Shown piece after piece: positions 45,917-55,670 of a stretch of 64,000 nucleotides of DNA. The stretch's first letter is position 1; every line of letters begins with the position of its first letter. The stretch is from a virus. Taxonomy: Duplodnaviria > Caudoviricetes. The stretch is taken from IMG/VR virus record IMGVR_UViG_2895192334_000003, positions 7,415-71,414 of that record; one strand, 5' to 3'. A model generated the notes under the pieces. That model searched no databases and was not told the origin of the DNA. It saw only the letters and a list, made by a program, of their open reading frames with translations. The translations under genes and the position numbers were made by a program.

Positions 45917-47088
45917 ATAAATACACTTATAAACAAGTAGCCAACATTCTTGGTATAGCTCCAAGTCAAGTTGGTTCAAAAGCAAGAAGGAAAGATTTCC
46001 CAGAAGAATTTAAGACAACTGTAACTAATGAACAAAATAGAGAAATACAAGCATTGACAGAAGAGGGCTTGCAACTCTTAAAGAATGAATATGGAATTAC
46101 AGATAGTGGAGTAAATGAAGAAAATAAAACCCTACTTGGCAATTTAGAGCTTGTAAAACAAGGTAATTTCTTAGGCACTGTATGTGATTTTTATAAAGAT
46201 GTAAGCAATAATATTTATATGACAAGGAGTCAAATAACAAAAGCATTGGAATATAGTTCCCCTAAAGGCATAATTTTACTCCACCAAAGAAACAGAAAGG
46301 TACTAGATAAAAATTCCGTTAGAATTTCAAATTTTAAACATATAACGAATAGCATAAATAACGGGAATAACGAGTTGCTACAAAATGTAGCAAACTTATC
46401 AAACGTTGAAAACAAGCCATCGCACAATCTACAACCTCATTCCGTTCTTTACAATGAAGATGGCATTTATGAAATAACATTTTTATCAAGACAACCTAAA
46501 GCGAATGAATTTAGAACATGGATAAGAGAAAGAATTAAAGAAATTAGAAAATATGGATTTACAACTCAAACTAATGAAGATGGAACACATAGTATACAAG
46601 CTATGGCAGATTTTCTCCATGGTGAAGAAGATAGTGTTGGTAAAAATGCTTTTATAGCTCTTGCAAAGTGGAAAATACAAGCAACGATTGAACTAAAAGA
46701 GCAAAAAGACATTATTTCCGCTCAAAATGAAGAAATCAAAAAGCAACAACCAAAAGTGAAATTTGCGGAACAAATATCTTGCTCAAATGACGTTATATCC
46801 GTCAACTCAATGGCAAAGCTATTACACAAAAATGGAATAAATATAGGACAAAATAGGTTATTTGCTTGGCTTAGAGAAAATAAGCTAGTTATGAGAATAA
46901 AAGAGAATCAGCAATGGAATAATATTCCAACTCAAATGGCTATTGACAAAAAGATACTTACTATTGAGGAAAAATCTTTTATCGACAAATGCGGAGTTAA
47001 GCGAATTAGCACAACAACAAAAGTAACACCAAAGGGACAATATTATCTTTTAAATAAATTTATTGGGAAAAGTGAGGTAGCCCAATGA
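45913..47088 (+). CDS. Phage antirepressor (N-terminal HTH, Bro-N-like, C-terminal ANT/KilAC)
   Basis: YNEDGIYEITFLSRQPKANEFRTWI; QQPKVKFAE...IGQNRLFAWLRE...TTKVTPKGQ. Confidence 0.85.
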   Translation: MNKYTYKQVANILGIAPSQVGSKARRKDFPEEFKTTVTNEQNREIQALTEEGLQLLKNEYGITDSGVNEENKTLLGNLELVKQGNFLGTVCDFYKDVSNNIYMTRSQITKALEYSSPKGIILLHQRNRKVLDKNSVRISNFKHITNSINNGNNELLQNVANLSNVENKPSHNLQPHSVLYNEDGIYEITFLSRQPKANEFRTWIRERIKEIRKYGFTTQTNEDGTHSIQAMADFLHGEEDSVGKNAFIALAKWKIQATIELKEQKDIISAQNEEIKKQQPKVKFAEQISCSNDVISVNSMAKLLHKNGINIGQNRLFAWLRENKLVMRIKENQQWNNIPTQMAIDKKILTIEEKSFIDKCGVKRISTTTKVTPKGQYYLLNKFIGKSEVAQ

Positions 47089-47441
47089 GAAATGAAAAAT
47101 TAAACGAAATACGAGTTATGCGTGGAGATGTCGTTATGGTCGATTTAGGCGAAAGGTTTGGCTGTGAACAAGATGGTATTAGACCAGCAGTGGTAATTCA
47201 AAATGATGTTGGAAATTATTGTGGAACAACAACTATTGTAGCTCCCTTGACAGCAGGCAAGAAAAACAATGTAAACTTGCCAGTTCACACAGTTGGCATA
47301 CAACTTAAAAGAGATTCCATTGCACTATTAGAACAAATCATAGCAATAGATAAAAGAAGAGTTATTTGTATATTAGACCATTTAAGTGACGAACTTATGC
47401 AAGATATTAACGAAAAAATAAAGGTATCACTTGCAGTATGA
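47085..47441 (+). CDS. mazF: MazF/PemK-family endoribonuclease (no adjacent antitoxin)
   Basis: RGDVVMVDL....GCEQDGIRPAVVIQND......TIVAPLT...ALLEQIIAIDK.R. Confidence 0.88.
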   Translation: MRNEKLNEIRVMRGDVVMVDLGERFGCEQDGIRPAVVIQNDVGNYCGTTTIVAPLTAGKKNNVNLPVHTVGIQLKRDSIALLEQIIAIDKRRVICILDHLSDELMQDINEKIKVSLAV

Positions 47442-47857
47442 ATATTTTCCCGTTGGTGAGTGAAAAGAAACCAGCATATAATACTAGACGAGCGGCTCGT
47501 AGATATGTAAGAAGAGAAGTTAGCAGAAAATGCAGAAAAAGTATAGATGAGATTAATTCATGGCTAGATGAGGAGTCTTTTAAAAAGAAATATCATATGT
47601 ATTTTATAAAAATCTATTTTGAATGGAGATATATTCTTAGGGGAAAGAGATTTAACTTTAATGATATGGTAGAACGAAATGATGAATATGAGTTTATCGA
47701 ACTTTTAAATATTATTAAAGACGAATTAGGACTTCACTATTCAGAATTCCCATTTAAATTTGAAATTATAATAAATGAATTAAAGGAGAAAGTCATTGGC
47801 GACAGTAAACAACAACATAATAGCAGAAAGAATTGTTATATCTGGAGTAATGAATAA
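47438..47857 (+). CDS. Hypothetical protein
   Basis: 139-aa coupled ORF. Confidence 0.55.
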   Translation: MNIFPLVSEKKPAYNTRRAARRYVRREVSRKCRKSIDEINSWLDEESFKKKYHMYFIKIYFEWRYILRGKRFNFNDMVERNDEYEFIELLNIIKDELGLHYSEFPFKFEIIINELKEKVIGDSKQQHNSRKNCYIWSNE

Positions 47858-49160
47858 TTTAGATTGGATAATAGATCTACAAAATCTTGAACCAGAACAC
47901 TTTTATAACTCAACTCACAAAATTTTATTTTATTTACTAAAAAAGCTATATGAAACTTTTAAAGGTGATAAAGTTGATCCTTTTACACTTTTATCAATAG
48001 CAAAAAATGAAAACATAGAATTTGAAAAAGATATAGAAAACTCTGGTGGACTAGACTATTTACAGACATTATCAGAGCTTGGAACTGATTACAAAAAAGA
48101 AGATATATTGACACAAGCTGAAATTGTTACTAAATTATCCTTTTTTAGAGATATGCATAACGCCTTAGATAAAGAACTGGCTTATATTGAAAATGGAGAT
48201 AATAAAACTAGAGAAGATGTAATTGATTCTTTGAGAAATAGCACAGACAAAACAATTTCAAAATATACTATTGCTGATAATTACAGATACATTGGAGATG
48301 TTTACGATGATGTGATGGAAAAAGTGAAACAAGATGTTAAAAATGGCGAAATAGGTATACCAACAAAAATAGAACCATTAAACAAATTTTACACCTATCG
48401 AAAGGGAGAACTTGTAGTATTGTGCGGCAGACCTAAACAAGGTAAAAGTGCCTTTGCCATTAACGAAGCTCACAATATGGCTGTGGTGCATGGAATACCT
48501 ACTTTATATCTTGATACAGAAATGCCAACTAAAACATTTTTAATGAGGTTAATTTCTATTGACTCTGGAATACCATTACACGCACTAGAAACTTTTCAAT
48601 ACGAAGCAGACCCAATACAGTTTAAAAAATATAAAGAAAGCGAAGTTAGAATTAAAAAAGCTCCACTAATACACAAATACAGCACAAGGTGGACAACTAA
48701 AAAAGTTAGAAATGATGTAATATCTCTTGTTAGGCAAGAGGGCATACAAATGCTTGTATATGACTATATAAAAGTAAAAGAAGTTAATGAAAGCAAAAAT
48801 AGAGAGCATAACGAATTAGGCAATTGGACTATTGCTCTAAAGGATTTAGCTGGAGAATTAAACATACCCGTACTGACATTAGCACAAACAAGTCCTTATG
48901 AAGTAAGGGTTGCCGATTCAGATAAGATTAATAGATATGCTTCTGTGATTGGATTTTTATTACCCTTATCAGAAGATGACAAAAATAGAATGAAGCAATG
49001 GGGTTATCCCAAAACAAAAGATTATATCTACATTAAATACAACAGAAATGGAGCATCAATGGAAGATGAAACGAAAGGTGTTTATTTAGAATTTAACAGA
49101 CACAATGTAACCTTTAATGCAAGTAAATTCCAAGAAAATTTTGAAGATTTGGTGCTATGA
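47796..49160 (+). CDS. dnaB: Replicative DnaB-type helicase
   Basis: GELVVLCGRPKQGKS, YLDTEM, LVYDYI, LKDLAGELNIPVLTLAQ, KYNRNG. Confidence 0.92.
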   Translation: MATVNNNIIAERIVISGVMNNLDWIIDLQNLEPEHFYNSTHKILFYLLKKLYETFKGDKVDPFTLLSIAKNENIEFEKDIENSGGLDYLQTLSELGTDYKKEDILTQAEIVTKLSFFRDMHNALDKELAYIENGDNKTREDVIDSLRNSTDKTISKYTIADNYRYIGDVYDDVMEKVKQDVKNGEIGIPTKIEPLNKFYTYRKGELVVLCGRPKQGKSAFAINEAHNMAVVHGIPTLYLDTEMPTKTFLMRLISIDSGIPLHALETFQYEADPIQFKKYKESEVRIKKAPLIHKYSTRWTTKKVRNDVISLVRQEGIQMLVYDYIKVKEVNESKNREHNELGNWTIALKDLAGELNIPVLTLAQTSPYEVRVADSDKINRYASVIGFLLPLSEDDKNRMKQWGYPKTKDYIYIKYNRNGASMEDETKGVYLEFNRHNVTFNASKFQENFEDLVL

Positions 49161-50188
49161 CAGATGTTAAGGAACTTTTAGAAAACTACGGAATAGACAA
49201 ATTTCTTGCATATGTTGGTGCAGAACACATACGAAAAGTGGGAGATAGCTATAGGAGTTGTTGTCCAATTCATAAGGGCAATAATTCGTCTGCATTTTCT
49301 TATCACAACGGATATTTTACTTGTTTTAGTGAGTGCAACAGAAATTTCAGTGCAATAGATATAATCATGAATGTATTTCACATTTCCTATTCACAAGCAA
49401 AAAAAAGATTAGAAAAGATATTAGGTCAAGAAATTGATAGCACAGATGACAGTACAGACATGACTTTTGAACATTTAGCAAATAGACAGTTTATTTCAGA
49501 TTATAAACGCATTAAGGGAGGCGAAAAATCCCATATAGTTGAAAATTTTATCTTTTTAAATACACAAGAATACAAAGAAATAACGCATGAATATTTGATA
49601 AATGAGGGTTTTAATGATGATACTAGAAAATTTTTTGATTTAAGGTTTTGTGAGAAAGGAATTATGAAAGATAGAATAATAATTCCAATAGACAATCCAG
49701 ATGGAAAGATATTAGGCATTGCTGGTAGATCAATACATGATTTTAGATGGTTGGAATTAACTGGTGAGAGCAAATATTTTTTCTCAAAAGGCTTAAAAAA
49801 AAGTGCTACATTATACAACATAAGTAGAGCCGATATATACGACAATTTTATAATTGTAGTTGAGGGTTATAAATCTATTTGGCGATTACACGATTGGGGG
49901 TTTGATAATGCAGTTGCCCTTATGGGAGCACATTTAAGCGATAGGCAGGCACAATTGCTATTGCATCTAGATGTTCCCATATTGGTATCTGGAGATAATG
50001 ACAAAGCTGGCAAGAGTTTGCAAAAAGAAGTTGTGACAAAATTAAGCAAATATGTACCAGTTGAACAATTCCCAATAGAAAAAATAGCAAAAAATGAAAG
50101 TGATTCAATAGCAGAAATAAAAAAGGAGGATTTTGCACATTGGACAAACAAACTAATGGGGAAATACCCATCGAGGATTCTGTTTTAG
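49157..50188 (+). CDS. dnaG: DNA primase (CHC2 zinc finger + TOPRIM)
   Basis: CCPIH...CFSEC; VVEGY; GDND.AG. Confidence 0.9.
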   Translation: MTDVKELLENYGIDKFLAYVGAEHIRKVGDSYRSCCPIHKGNNSSAFSYHNGYFTCFSECNRNFSAIDIIMNVFHISYSQAKKRLEKILGQEIDSTDDSTDMTFEHLANRQFISDYKRIKGGEKSHIVENFIFLNTQEYKEITHEYLINEGFNDDTRKFFDLRFCEKGIMKDRIIIPIDNPDGKILGIAGRSIHDFRWLELTGESKYFFSKGLKKSATLYNISRADIYDNFIIVVEGYKSIWRLHDWGFDNAVALMGAHLSDRQAQLLLHLDVPILVSGDNDKAGKSLQKEVVTKLSKYVPVEQFPIEKIAKNESDSIAEIKKEDFAHWTNKLMGKYPSRILF

Positions 50189-50469
50189 AATTTATTAAAA
50201 ACAGAGAAACAGCTAAAGTAAGAGAAATTGATAGATATTTTAACTTGAGAAGTGAAAGAACAGTAAGAAGAATAGTAGAAAAGTTGAGAGAACGTGGAGA
50301 ACCTATTTGCATGGGAAATAAAGGATATTACTATTCCATAGATCCATTAGAAATAGAACGAACTATCAACCAATTGTTGACACAAGCAAGCGGACAGCTT
50401 CGAACAGCTAAAAATTTAAAATTAACTAAAGAAAAAATAGAAACAACGGGTGAAATAAATGTCAAATGA
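50140..50469 (+). CDS. Winged-HTH protein
   Basis: LRSERTVRRIVEKLRERGEPIC..NKGYY. Confidence 0.7.
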   Translation: MDKQTNGEIPIEDSVLEFIKNRETAKVREIDRYFNLRSERTVRRIVEKLRERGEPICMGNKGYYYSIDPLEIERTINQLLTQASGQLRTAKNLKLTKEKIETTGEINVK

Positions 50470-50686
50470 AACATTCAATATCTATTTTGACAGTGGAAAA
50501 GTTATAAATTCTGAACAAGTAGACTTATGTGTTAAAGCAATTTTCAATACTTTAAAAAAAGAGCTTCCTCGAGAATTGCAAACTGACGGAATGGTGTATT
50601 TTTTACTCGAAGAAGCAAAAGATAAATTGAAAGTTAAAAACAGTAATTATATAAAGTGTCTTTCACTGGGAGAGAATTGGTATTAA
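50459..50686 (+). CDS. Hypothetical protein
   Basis: 75-aa coupled ORF. Confidence 0.55.
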   Translation: MSNETFNIYFDSGKVINSEQVDLCVKAIFNTLKKELPRELQTDGMVYFLLEEAKDKLKVKNSNYIKCLSLGENWY

Positions 50687-50687
50687 C

Positions 50688-51590
50688 ATGATGACAAAAA
50701 TATATAACAACTTATCATATTCACAGATAGAAACTTTTGAACAATGTCCTCAAAAATGGTCTTTTAGGTATATAGATAAGATATTATTTGAACAACAAAA
50801 CATACATTTAGACTATGGATCTGCTGTTCACAAGGGTTTAGAGAATGCTTTTAGAGATTTAAAAGATAATCATAGTTTATCAGAAGAAAATTTACTTCAA
50901 ACTGTCAACACTCTATCTTTTGATTATGCCTACGGCGATACAAAGGGCGAACTATACAAATATGCAATAGAAGATATGAAGCGATTAATTCATTATCAGG
51001 GGTTCTATGAAAAGATAAAAGACAAAGAAATTGTCGGCATTGAAGAAGAATTTAATTTAAAAATACCAACTATGTTTAGTGGTGAAAATATAGAAATTAA
51101 CATAAAAGGCTATATTGACTTAATTTATAGAGATGATGACGGGAAATTGGTAGTCGTAGATCACAAGACATCAAAAAAGAAATTTGATAAAAATAAAAGA
51201 AGAAATAATTTACAAATACCAATCTATTTTTTAGCTATAAAAAACAAATATGGAGAATACCCAAAAGCAGGAATATATAATTTTACAAAATTAAATGACT
51301 ATCAAGAGTCTTTGTTTGCAAGCAATATAACAATAGAACAACAAAAGTTAATGGATAAAAGAAGCCCTAAAGAAATATGGGCAAAAGATCCAAATAACAC
51401 AGTAAAAGATATTATTCACACTTTTAAGGATATGAACAATGCAAAGTTAAGAACAACAACAAAACCAAGTCCATTATGTTATTGGTGTGATTATAATATT
51501 ATTTGCTCTAATGCAAGTAGCTGGAAGCCAAAGGAGAAAAATGAAAATAGATATAAAACTACTGAAAAATACAATCTTGGAACTGATTAG
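50688..51590 (+). CDS. PD-(D/E)XK (RecB/Cas4-like) nuclease
   Basis: SYSQI.TFEQCP, GYIDL...VDHKT, Q..IY, CYWCDY..IC. Confidence 0.88.
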   Translation: MMTKIYNNLSYSQIETFEQCPQKWSFRYIDKILFEQQNIHLDYGSAVHKGLENAFRDLKDNHSLSEENLLQTVNTLSFDYAYGDTKGELYKYAIEDMKRLIHYQGFYEKIKDKEIVGIEEEFNLKIPTMFSGENIEINIKGYIDLIYRDDDGKLVVVDHKTSKKKFDKNKRRNNLQIPIYFLAIKNKYGEYPKAGIYNFTKLNDYQESLFASNITIEQQKLMDKRSPKEIWAKDPNNTVKDIIHTFKDMNNAKLRTTTKPSPLCYWCDYNIICSNASSWKPKEKNENRYKTTEKYNLGTD

Positions 51591-51765
51591 CGATATAGCA
51601 ACAGAAATGAACACACCACAATTTAAAGAATTAGATAGAAAGTCATTTACTGTTGGCAAGTTTGAAGGTGAATTATTAGGACTCTATAAAGTGTTTAATA
51701 TTATTACCGATATGGAAGAATATCGAAATAAAAAAGAAGAATTAAACGAAATGGAGAAGCAATGA
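51541..51765 (+). CDS. Hypothetical protein
   Basis: Start reassigned to the ATG after AAAGGAG. Confidence 0.55.
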   Translation: MKIDIKLLKNTILELISDIATEMNTPQFKELDRKSFTVGKFEGELLGLYKVFNIITDMEEYRNKKEELNEMEKQ

Positions 51766-51968
51766 TAGAATTAAGACAAGGACACAATATTGACGAATCT
51801 AAAATCGTAGGCATATTCTCAACAGAAGATGATTGTTATGCTGAAATGATAAACAGAGAAAAGTTTGACATACCTTATTTTAGGGTTTGGGGAACAGATA
51901 TAATAAAAAAGGTAGATTATGGTAAACACACAAAATTTTATTTTATGGTGCAACTAGATAAGGCATAG
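51762..51968 (+). CDS. Hypothetical phage protein
   Basis: ATGA-coupled; PYFRVW...VDYG.H pattern. Confidence 0.6.
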   Translation: MIELRQGHNIDESKIVGIFSTEDDCYAEMINREKFDIPYFRVWGTDIIKKVDYGKHTKFYFMVQLDKA

Positions 51969-51988
51969 GATAAGTCGCCTAAAAAAGA

Positions 51989-52031
51989 AAAACGCAACCT
52001 AGAGGCATCCTCGTTCGTGTGGTGCGATATT
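51989..52031 (+). repeat. Copy of the dispersed 43-bp intergenic element
   Basis: First 25 nt are 23/25 identical to 40702-40726; GATATT follows at the same 12-nt spacing. Confidence 0.75.
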
Positions 52032-52054
52032 AGGGATAACGTTTGCATTAAAAA

Positions 52055-52405
52055 ATGAAAGACTTATTTGCAAATAAAAATGAAAGGTTTTATGAAAACA
52101 TGGAACAGAAAACATTAAATATTAATGAAATTGACTTTAGATGCCTAACTTTATGTGCTTTGCGATATGCACTTGGCAGAGAAACTTATATGCCAGCAGT
52201 TGTTATTAACATTATTGAAGATAATCTAGAAGTTCTCGGCGATAGTGTTTTAACACAAATAGCAGATGAAATTAGAGATTATGCAACAGATGAAAGCTCT
52301 TTAAACAATCAAGAGTTAGAGAGGTGGTTAATGTGCAGAACTACAATTTTAGAATATTTAGGTGAAAAGTATTGGATAACAAATACCAAACAATTTAACA
52401 AATAA
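52055..52405 (+). CDS. Hypothetical phage protein
   Basis: LCALRYALGRETYMP pattern. Confidence 0.65.
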   Translation: MKDLFANKNERFYENMEQKTLNINEIDFRCLTLCALRYALGRETYMPAVVINIIEDNLEVLGDSVLTQIADEIRDYATDESSLNNQELERWLMCRTTILEYLGEKYWITNTKQFNK

Positions 52406-52426
52406 AAAGAAAGTAGGAATGATAAT

Positions 52427-53074
52427 TTGACAAGTTTGTTAGTAATTTACGATAGCTCTATATCTGACAAAGGTAGAGATCTTTATTTAAAGGGGATAAA
52501 GAAAGCTGTGCCTGATGTAAAGATCAAAGATGCAAAAGTGGGAATAGACGGAATACAATTTGATGCAGACAAAGTAATTGTATTAAGACCTATGAATTAT
52601 AAGCATTATTGTTATTTTATGTATCAATTAAGGGCAAACTATCCAGAAAAAGACATTGAGGGAGTAGCAACTGGAAGCCTCACAATAACAGCCGAAGCAC
52701 TTTTAGAAACTATTTATGATTATTACAACAGTAATATTGCAAATAAAACTGTTGTAGTAATAAATCAGTCGCCCACTGTTGGCATCCCTTTAGTCAAAGC
52801 TCTAATAGATTGTAGCTTAAATGTAATAAATTTAAACTCATCTTATCCTTGCATTGATAGTTTGTTGGCTAATACAAAAGTGGATATTTTAATTAGTGCA
52901 AGTGGAAACAAAAATTTTCAAATATCCGAAGCTTTAACGAGAGATATTGAAATGAAAATTGACTTATCTAATGACCTATTAGACACAGATAAAATAACAT
53001 CAATACCAACAATAAGAGTTTTAGAAGATAGATTAACTTTTTGCGAGGTGGAAGATGAAATTGAACAACAATAA
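52427..53074 (+). CDS. Divergent FolD-like (methylene-THF dehydrogenase/cyclohydrolase fold) protein
   Basis: PEKDIEG resembles PEKDVDG; KTVVVINQSPTVGIPL resembles VVIGRSxxVGxP; VDILISASG resembles ADILVVAVG. Confidence 0.7.
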   Translation: MTSLLVIYDSSISDKGRDLYLKGIKKAVPDVKIKDAKVGIDGIQFDADKVIVLRPMNYKHYCYFMYQLRANYPEKDIEGVATGSLTITAEALLETIYDYYNSNIANKTVVVINQSPTVGIPLVKALIDCSLNVINLNSSYPCIDSLLANTKVDILISASGNKNFQISEALTRDIEMKIDLSNDLLDTDKITSIPTIRVLEDRLTFCEVEDEIEQQ

Positions 53075-53684
53075 AAACAATAGTGTATTTATAACGATAG
53101 GAGCATCGAACCACGCTAAAGAAGAAAGAGAAATCCACGATTATTATGCAACAGAACCACAAGCAGTACAAATGTTAATGGAAATTGAAGATATAAAACC
53201 AATTGTATTAGAGCCTTGTGTAGGTGGTGGTCATATAGCAGAAGAATTAAAAGCTAAAGGGCATAAAGTCATATCATCTGATTTAATCGACAGAGGTTAT
53301 GGAATTGGGAATAGGGATATATTCAACTATCATAATAAAAATGGAAAGCTCTATTACAAAGATGAACTAATTATTGATGGAGATTTTGACATTGTTACCA
53401 ATCCACCATATAAACAAGCAAATGCCATGACAGAGCATATGTTAAATTTATTGAATGACAATTGTAAACTTATACAATTTCTCAAACTAACATTTTTAGA
53501 AAGTAAGGCAAGAAAAGAATTGTATAAAAAATATCCATTAAAAACATTGCACGTAAGTAGTAGCAGACTTATAACTTGCAAAAATGGAGATTTCGATAAA
53601 TATCAATCAAGAGCTATTGCTTATGCTTGGTACGTTTGGCAAAAAGGATATAAGGGCGAGCCAACAATAAAATGGTTTAATTGA
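53055..53684 (+). CDS. Amino (N6A/N4C) DNA methyltransferase-like protein
   Basis: DYYAT, VLEPCVGGGHI (SAM-binding), DIVTNPPY catalytic motif. Confidence 0.8.
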   Translation: MKLNNNKNNSVFITIGASNHAKEEREIHDYYATEPQAVQMLMEIEDIKPIVLEPCVGGGHIAEELKAKGHKVISSDLIDRGYGIGNRDIFNYHNKNGKLYYKDELIIDGDFDIVTNPPYKQANAMTEHMLNLLNDNCKLIQFLKLTFLESKARKELYKKYPLKTLHVSSSRLITCKNGDFDKYQSRAIAYAWYVWQKGYKGEPTIKWFN

Positions 53685-53893
53685 AAAAATATTATGGTGG
53701 AGGATATAGGCGATTAAAAAGGAATTTCAAGCTTAAAGCAATAAAGCTAAACTACGAAATTTTTGATAGCAATGCTAATGTCTATTCATCAAATGGTCGA
53801 TGTGCAAAGTAAAAATTACAAAAGACTTTAAATAAAATGTGTAGTGACATATCAAAGGAATATGTTAAAAGTGATGACGATATCCCATTTTAA
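53681..53893 (+). pseudogene. Small gene with an in-frame TAA (53810) and an SSB-like C-terminal tail SDDDIPF
   Basis: TTG overlaps the MTase TGA; the frame continues after the stop to ...KSDDDIPF, followed by the next RBS. Confidence 0.5.
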
Positions 53894-53905
53894 GGAGGAA
53901 TAAAA

Positions 53906-54470
53906 ATGAAAGTTAAAGATTTAATAATGGAATTGATTTATGTAAATCCTGATGCAGAGGTTAGATGTGTAACCTACAAAAATGCAAATGAAGATGCTGA
54001 CGAATTTGCTTTAAATATAAGGAGTTTAGAAGATTATAAAGATAATGTTGATTTAGTCCTTGATAATTTAGACGTTGGCAGAGTTAACGAGGACAAAGTC
54101 TTCGAGATACTAAGAAATAAAGTCCTTGACTGGGCAAAGAATAAAAACTTGTTACACGAAGAAAACGCAGAAAAGCAATTTATGAAATTTATTGAAGAAG
54201 TTTTTGAATTTAGAGATGAGTGGATTTTGTATATAAATCAATGCAACAAACATAGCTACCCAGACAGTTATGTCGACATGGATATTACAAAATATAGACG
54301 AAAAATGGAATGTGAAATGGGAGATATTTTTGTGATACTTATCATACTATGTGACCAATTAAATTTAGATCCTATTAATTGCCTAGCTAGGGCTTACGAA
54401 AAAAATCAAAGATAGAAAAGGGAAAACAATAAACGGAGTATTTGTAAAAGAAGGAGATAGCAATGGATAA
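53906..54470 (+). pseudogene. MazG-like nucleotide pyrophosphohydrolase fusion, frameshifted near its 3' end (A7 at 54399-54405)
   Basis: WAKNKNL...QFMKFIEE...EMGD; removing one A restores the family tail [17 protein letters not shown]. Confidence 0.75.
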
Positions 54471-55065
54471 AGAAAAACTACGAGAAATATTAAGAAAGCA
54501 TGAACTATGGCTTAATGGTGATGCAAAGGGAGAAAGAGCAGATTTAAGACGTGCAAATTTAAGCCGTGCAAATTTAAGATGTGCAATTTTAAGAGATGCA
54601 GATTTAGAACGTACAAATTTAGTGGATGCAGATTTAAAATATGCAAATTTAGAAAATGCAGATTTAAGCCGTGCAAATTTAAGATGTGCAACTTTAAAAG
54701 ATGCAGATTTAGAAGGTGCAGATTTAGAAGGTGCAGATTTAAGATGTGCAAATTTAATAAATGCAGATTTAAGACGTGCAAATTTAACGAATGTAGAACT
54801 CAATTGGTGTAATACACAAAATATAATAGGGCAAAAAATTATAAGCGTTCAAGTAGATACAAGTAGAGAAAACAATCTAATAAGTTATTGGGTTGATTTA
54901 GATATTTGGACTACTGGTTGTTTTCAAGGTAGTTTAGACAAACTGAAGAGAAGTATTGAAGAAACGCATAAAGATAATGAGTTTTTGAGAAATAGATATT
55001 ATCGTGTTATTGATTTTATATTAAATGAAGTTGAACAAGATAGATTAGTAGAAATGGAGGACTAA
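54463..55065 (+). CDS. Pentapeptide-repeat protein
   Basis: A(D/N)Lxx repeats; C-terminal WTTGCFQGS domain. Confidence 0.92.
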   Translation: MDKEKLREILRKHELWLNGDAKGERADLRRANLSRANLRCAILRDADLERTNLVDADLKYANLENADLSRANLRCATLKDADLEGADLEGADLRCANLINADLRRANLTNVELNWCNTQNIIGQKIISVQVDTSRENNLISYWVDLDIWTTGCFQGSLDKLKRSIEETHKDNEFLRNRYYRVIDFILNEVEQDRLVEMED

Positions 55066-55071
55066 AGACAA

Positions 55072-55166
55072 ATGGAAGCGGTAAATGTAAAAAAAAGAAA
55101 GAAATAAAGTGTGAGTTATACAGAGATAATTTTGAAGTTTTGATAGAATCTCATATCACAATTTAA
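55072..55166 (+). pseudogene. Possible remnant of a DNA methyltransferase 5' end
   Basis: Frameshifted MEAVNVK / KEIKCELYRDNF resembles, from memory, N-termini of Bacillota phage N4/N6 MTases; truncated. Confidence 0.3.
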
Positions 55167-55190
55167 ATAATAAATAGTTGAGGCGAAAGA

Positions 55191-55385
55191 ATGAACATAA
55201 AAAGAAAAAATCAGATAATACTAATCATTTGTACACTAACGCAACTTTTAAAAGAATTTAACTTTGGATTAGAAATATTTAAAGACGGGAGCATAGTTTT
55301 TGTAGATGGCAATACTGGAGATAGATACAAAATTAGTGCAAAAGATTTTCAAGATTTATATGACAAAACAGAGGTAGAGGAATGA
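55191..55385 (+). CDS. Hypothetical protein
   Basis: 64-aa ORF. Confidence 0.6.
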   Translation: MNIKRKNQIILIICTLTQLLKEFNFGLEIFKDGSIVFVDGNTGDRYKISAKDFQDLYDKTEVEE

Positions 55386-55670
55386 ATGAATTAATTAAAA
55401 AAAGTTGAAAATATAACTTATAGACTAAATGTAATTGCAGAACAATTTAGGGAATATTATTTCACTCTTGAAGAACTAAGAGAGATCGATAAGGGAATGG
55501 AGCAAAGAAGAATGAAGAAATTTAAAATATCTTTTGAATTTGAAGCAGATGACGATTGGTCTGAAGCAGATGTTAAAGAAATGGTTGAAAAAGTAATAGA
55601 CCCTATATATCACTTAGGCGATGCAAGTATTGGAGAAATAAATGTGAAAGAAATAGAGGTGGAAGAATGA
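55382..55670 (+). pseudogene. Hypothetical gene frameshifted at an A7 (55397-55403); 95 aa if A6
   Basis: The repaired ORF has ATGA overlaps with both neighbours. Confidence 0.7.

Noticed and set aside
50688-51590. Cas4 / CRISPR adaptation gene
   Set aside because: The context is a replication module without cas1 or an array; a stand-alone PD-(D/E)XK nuclease is the simpler call.
54387-54812. Repetitive ORFs 54387(-), 54512(-) and 54579(+)
   Set aside because: They are alternative frames of the 15-nt pentapeptide repeats, not separate genes or a CRISPR array.
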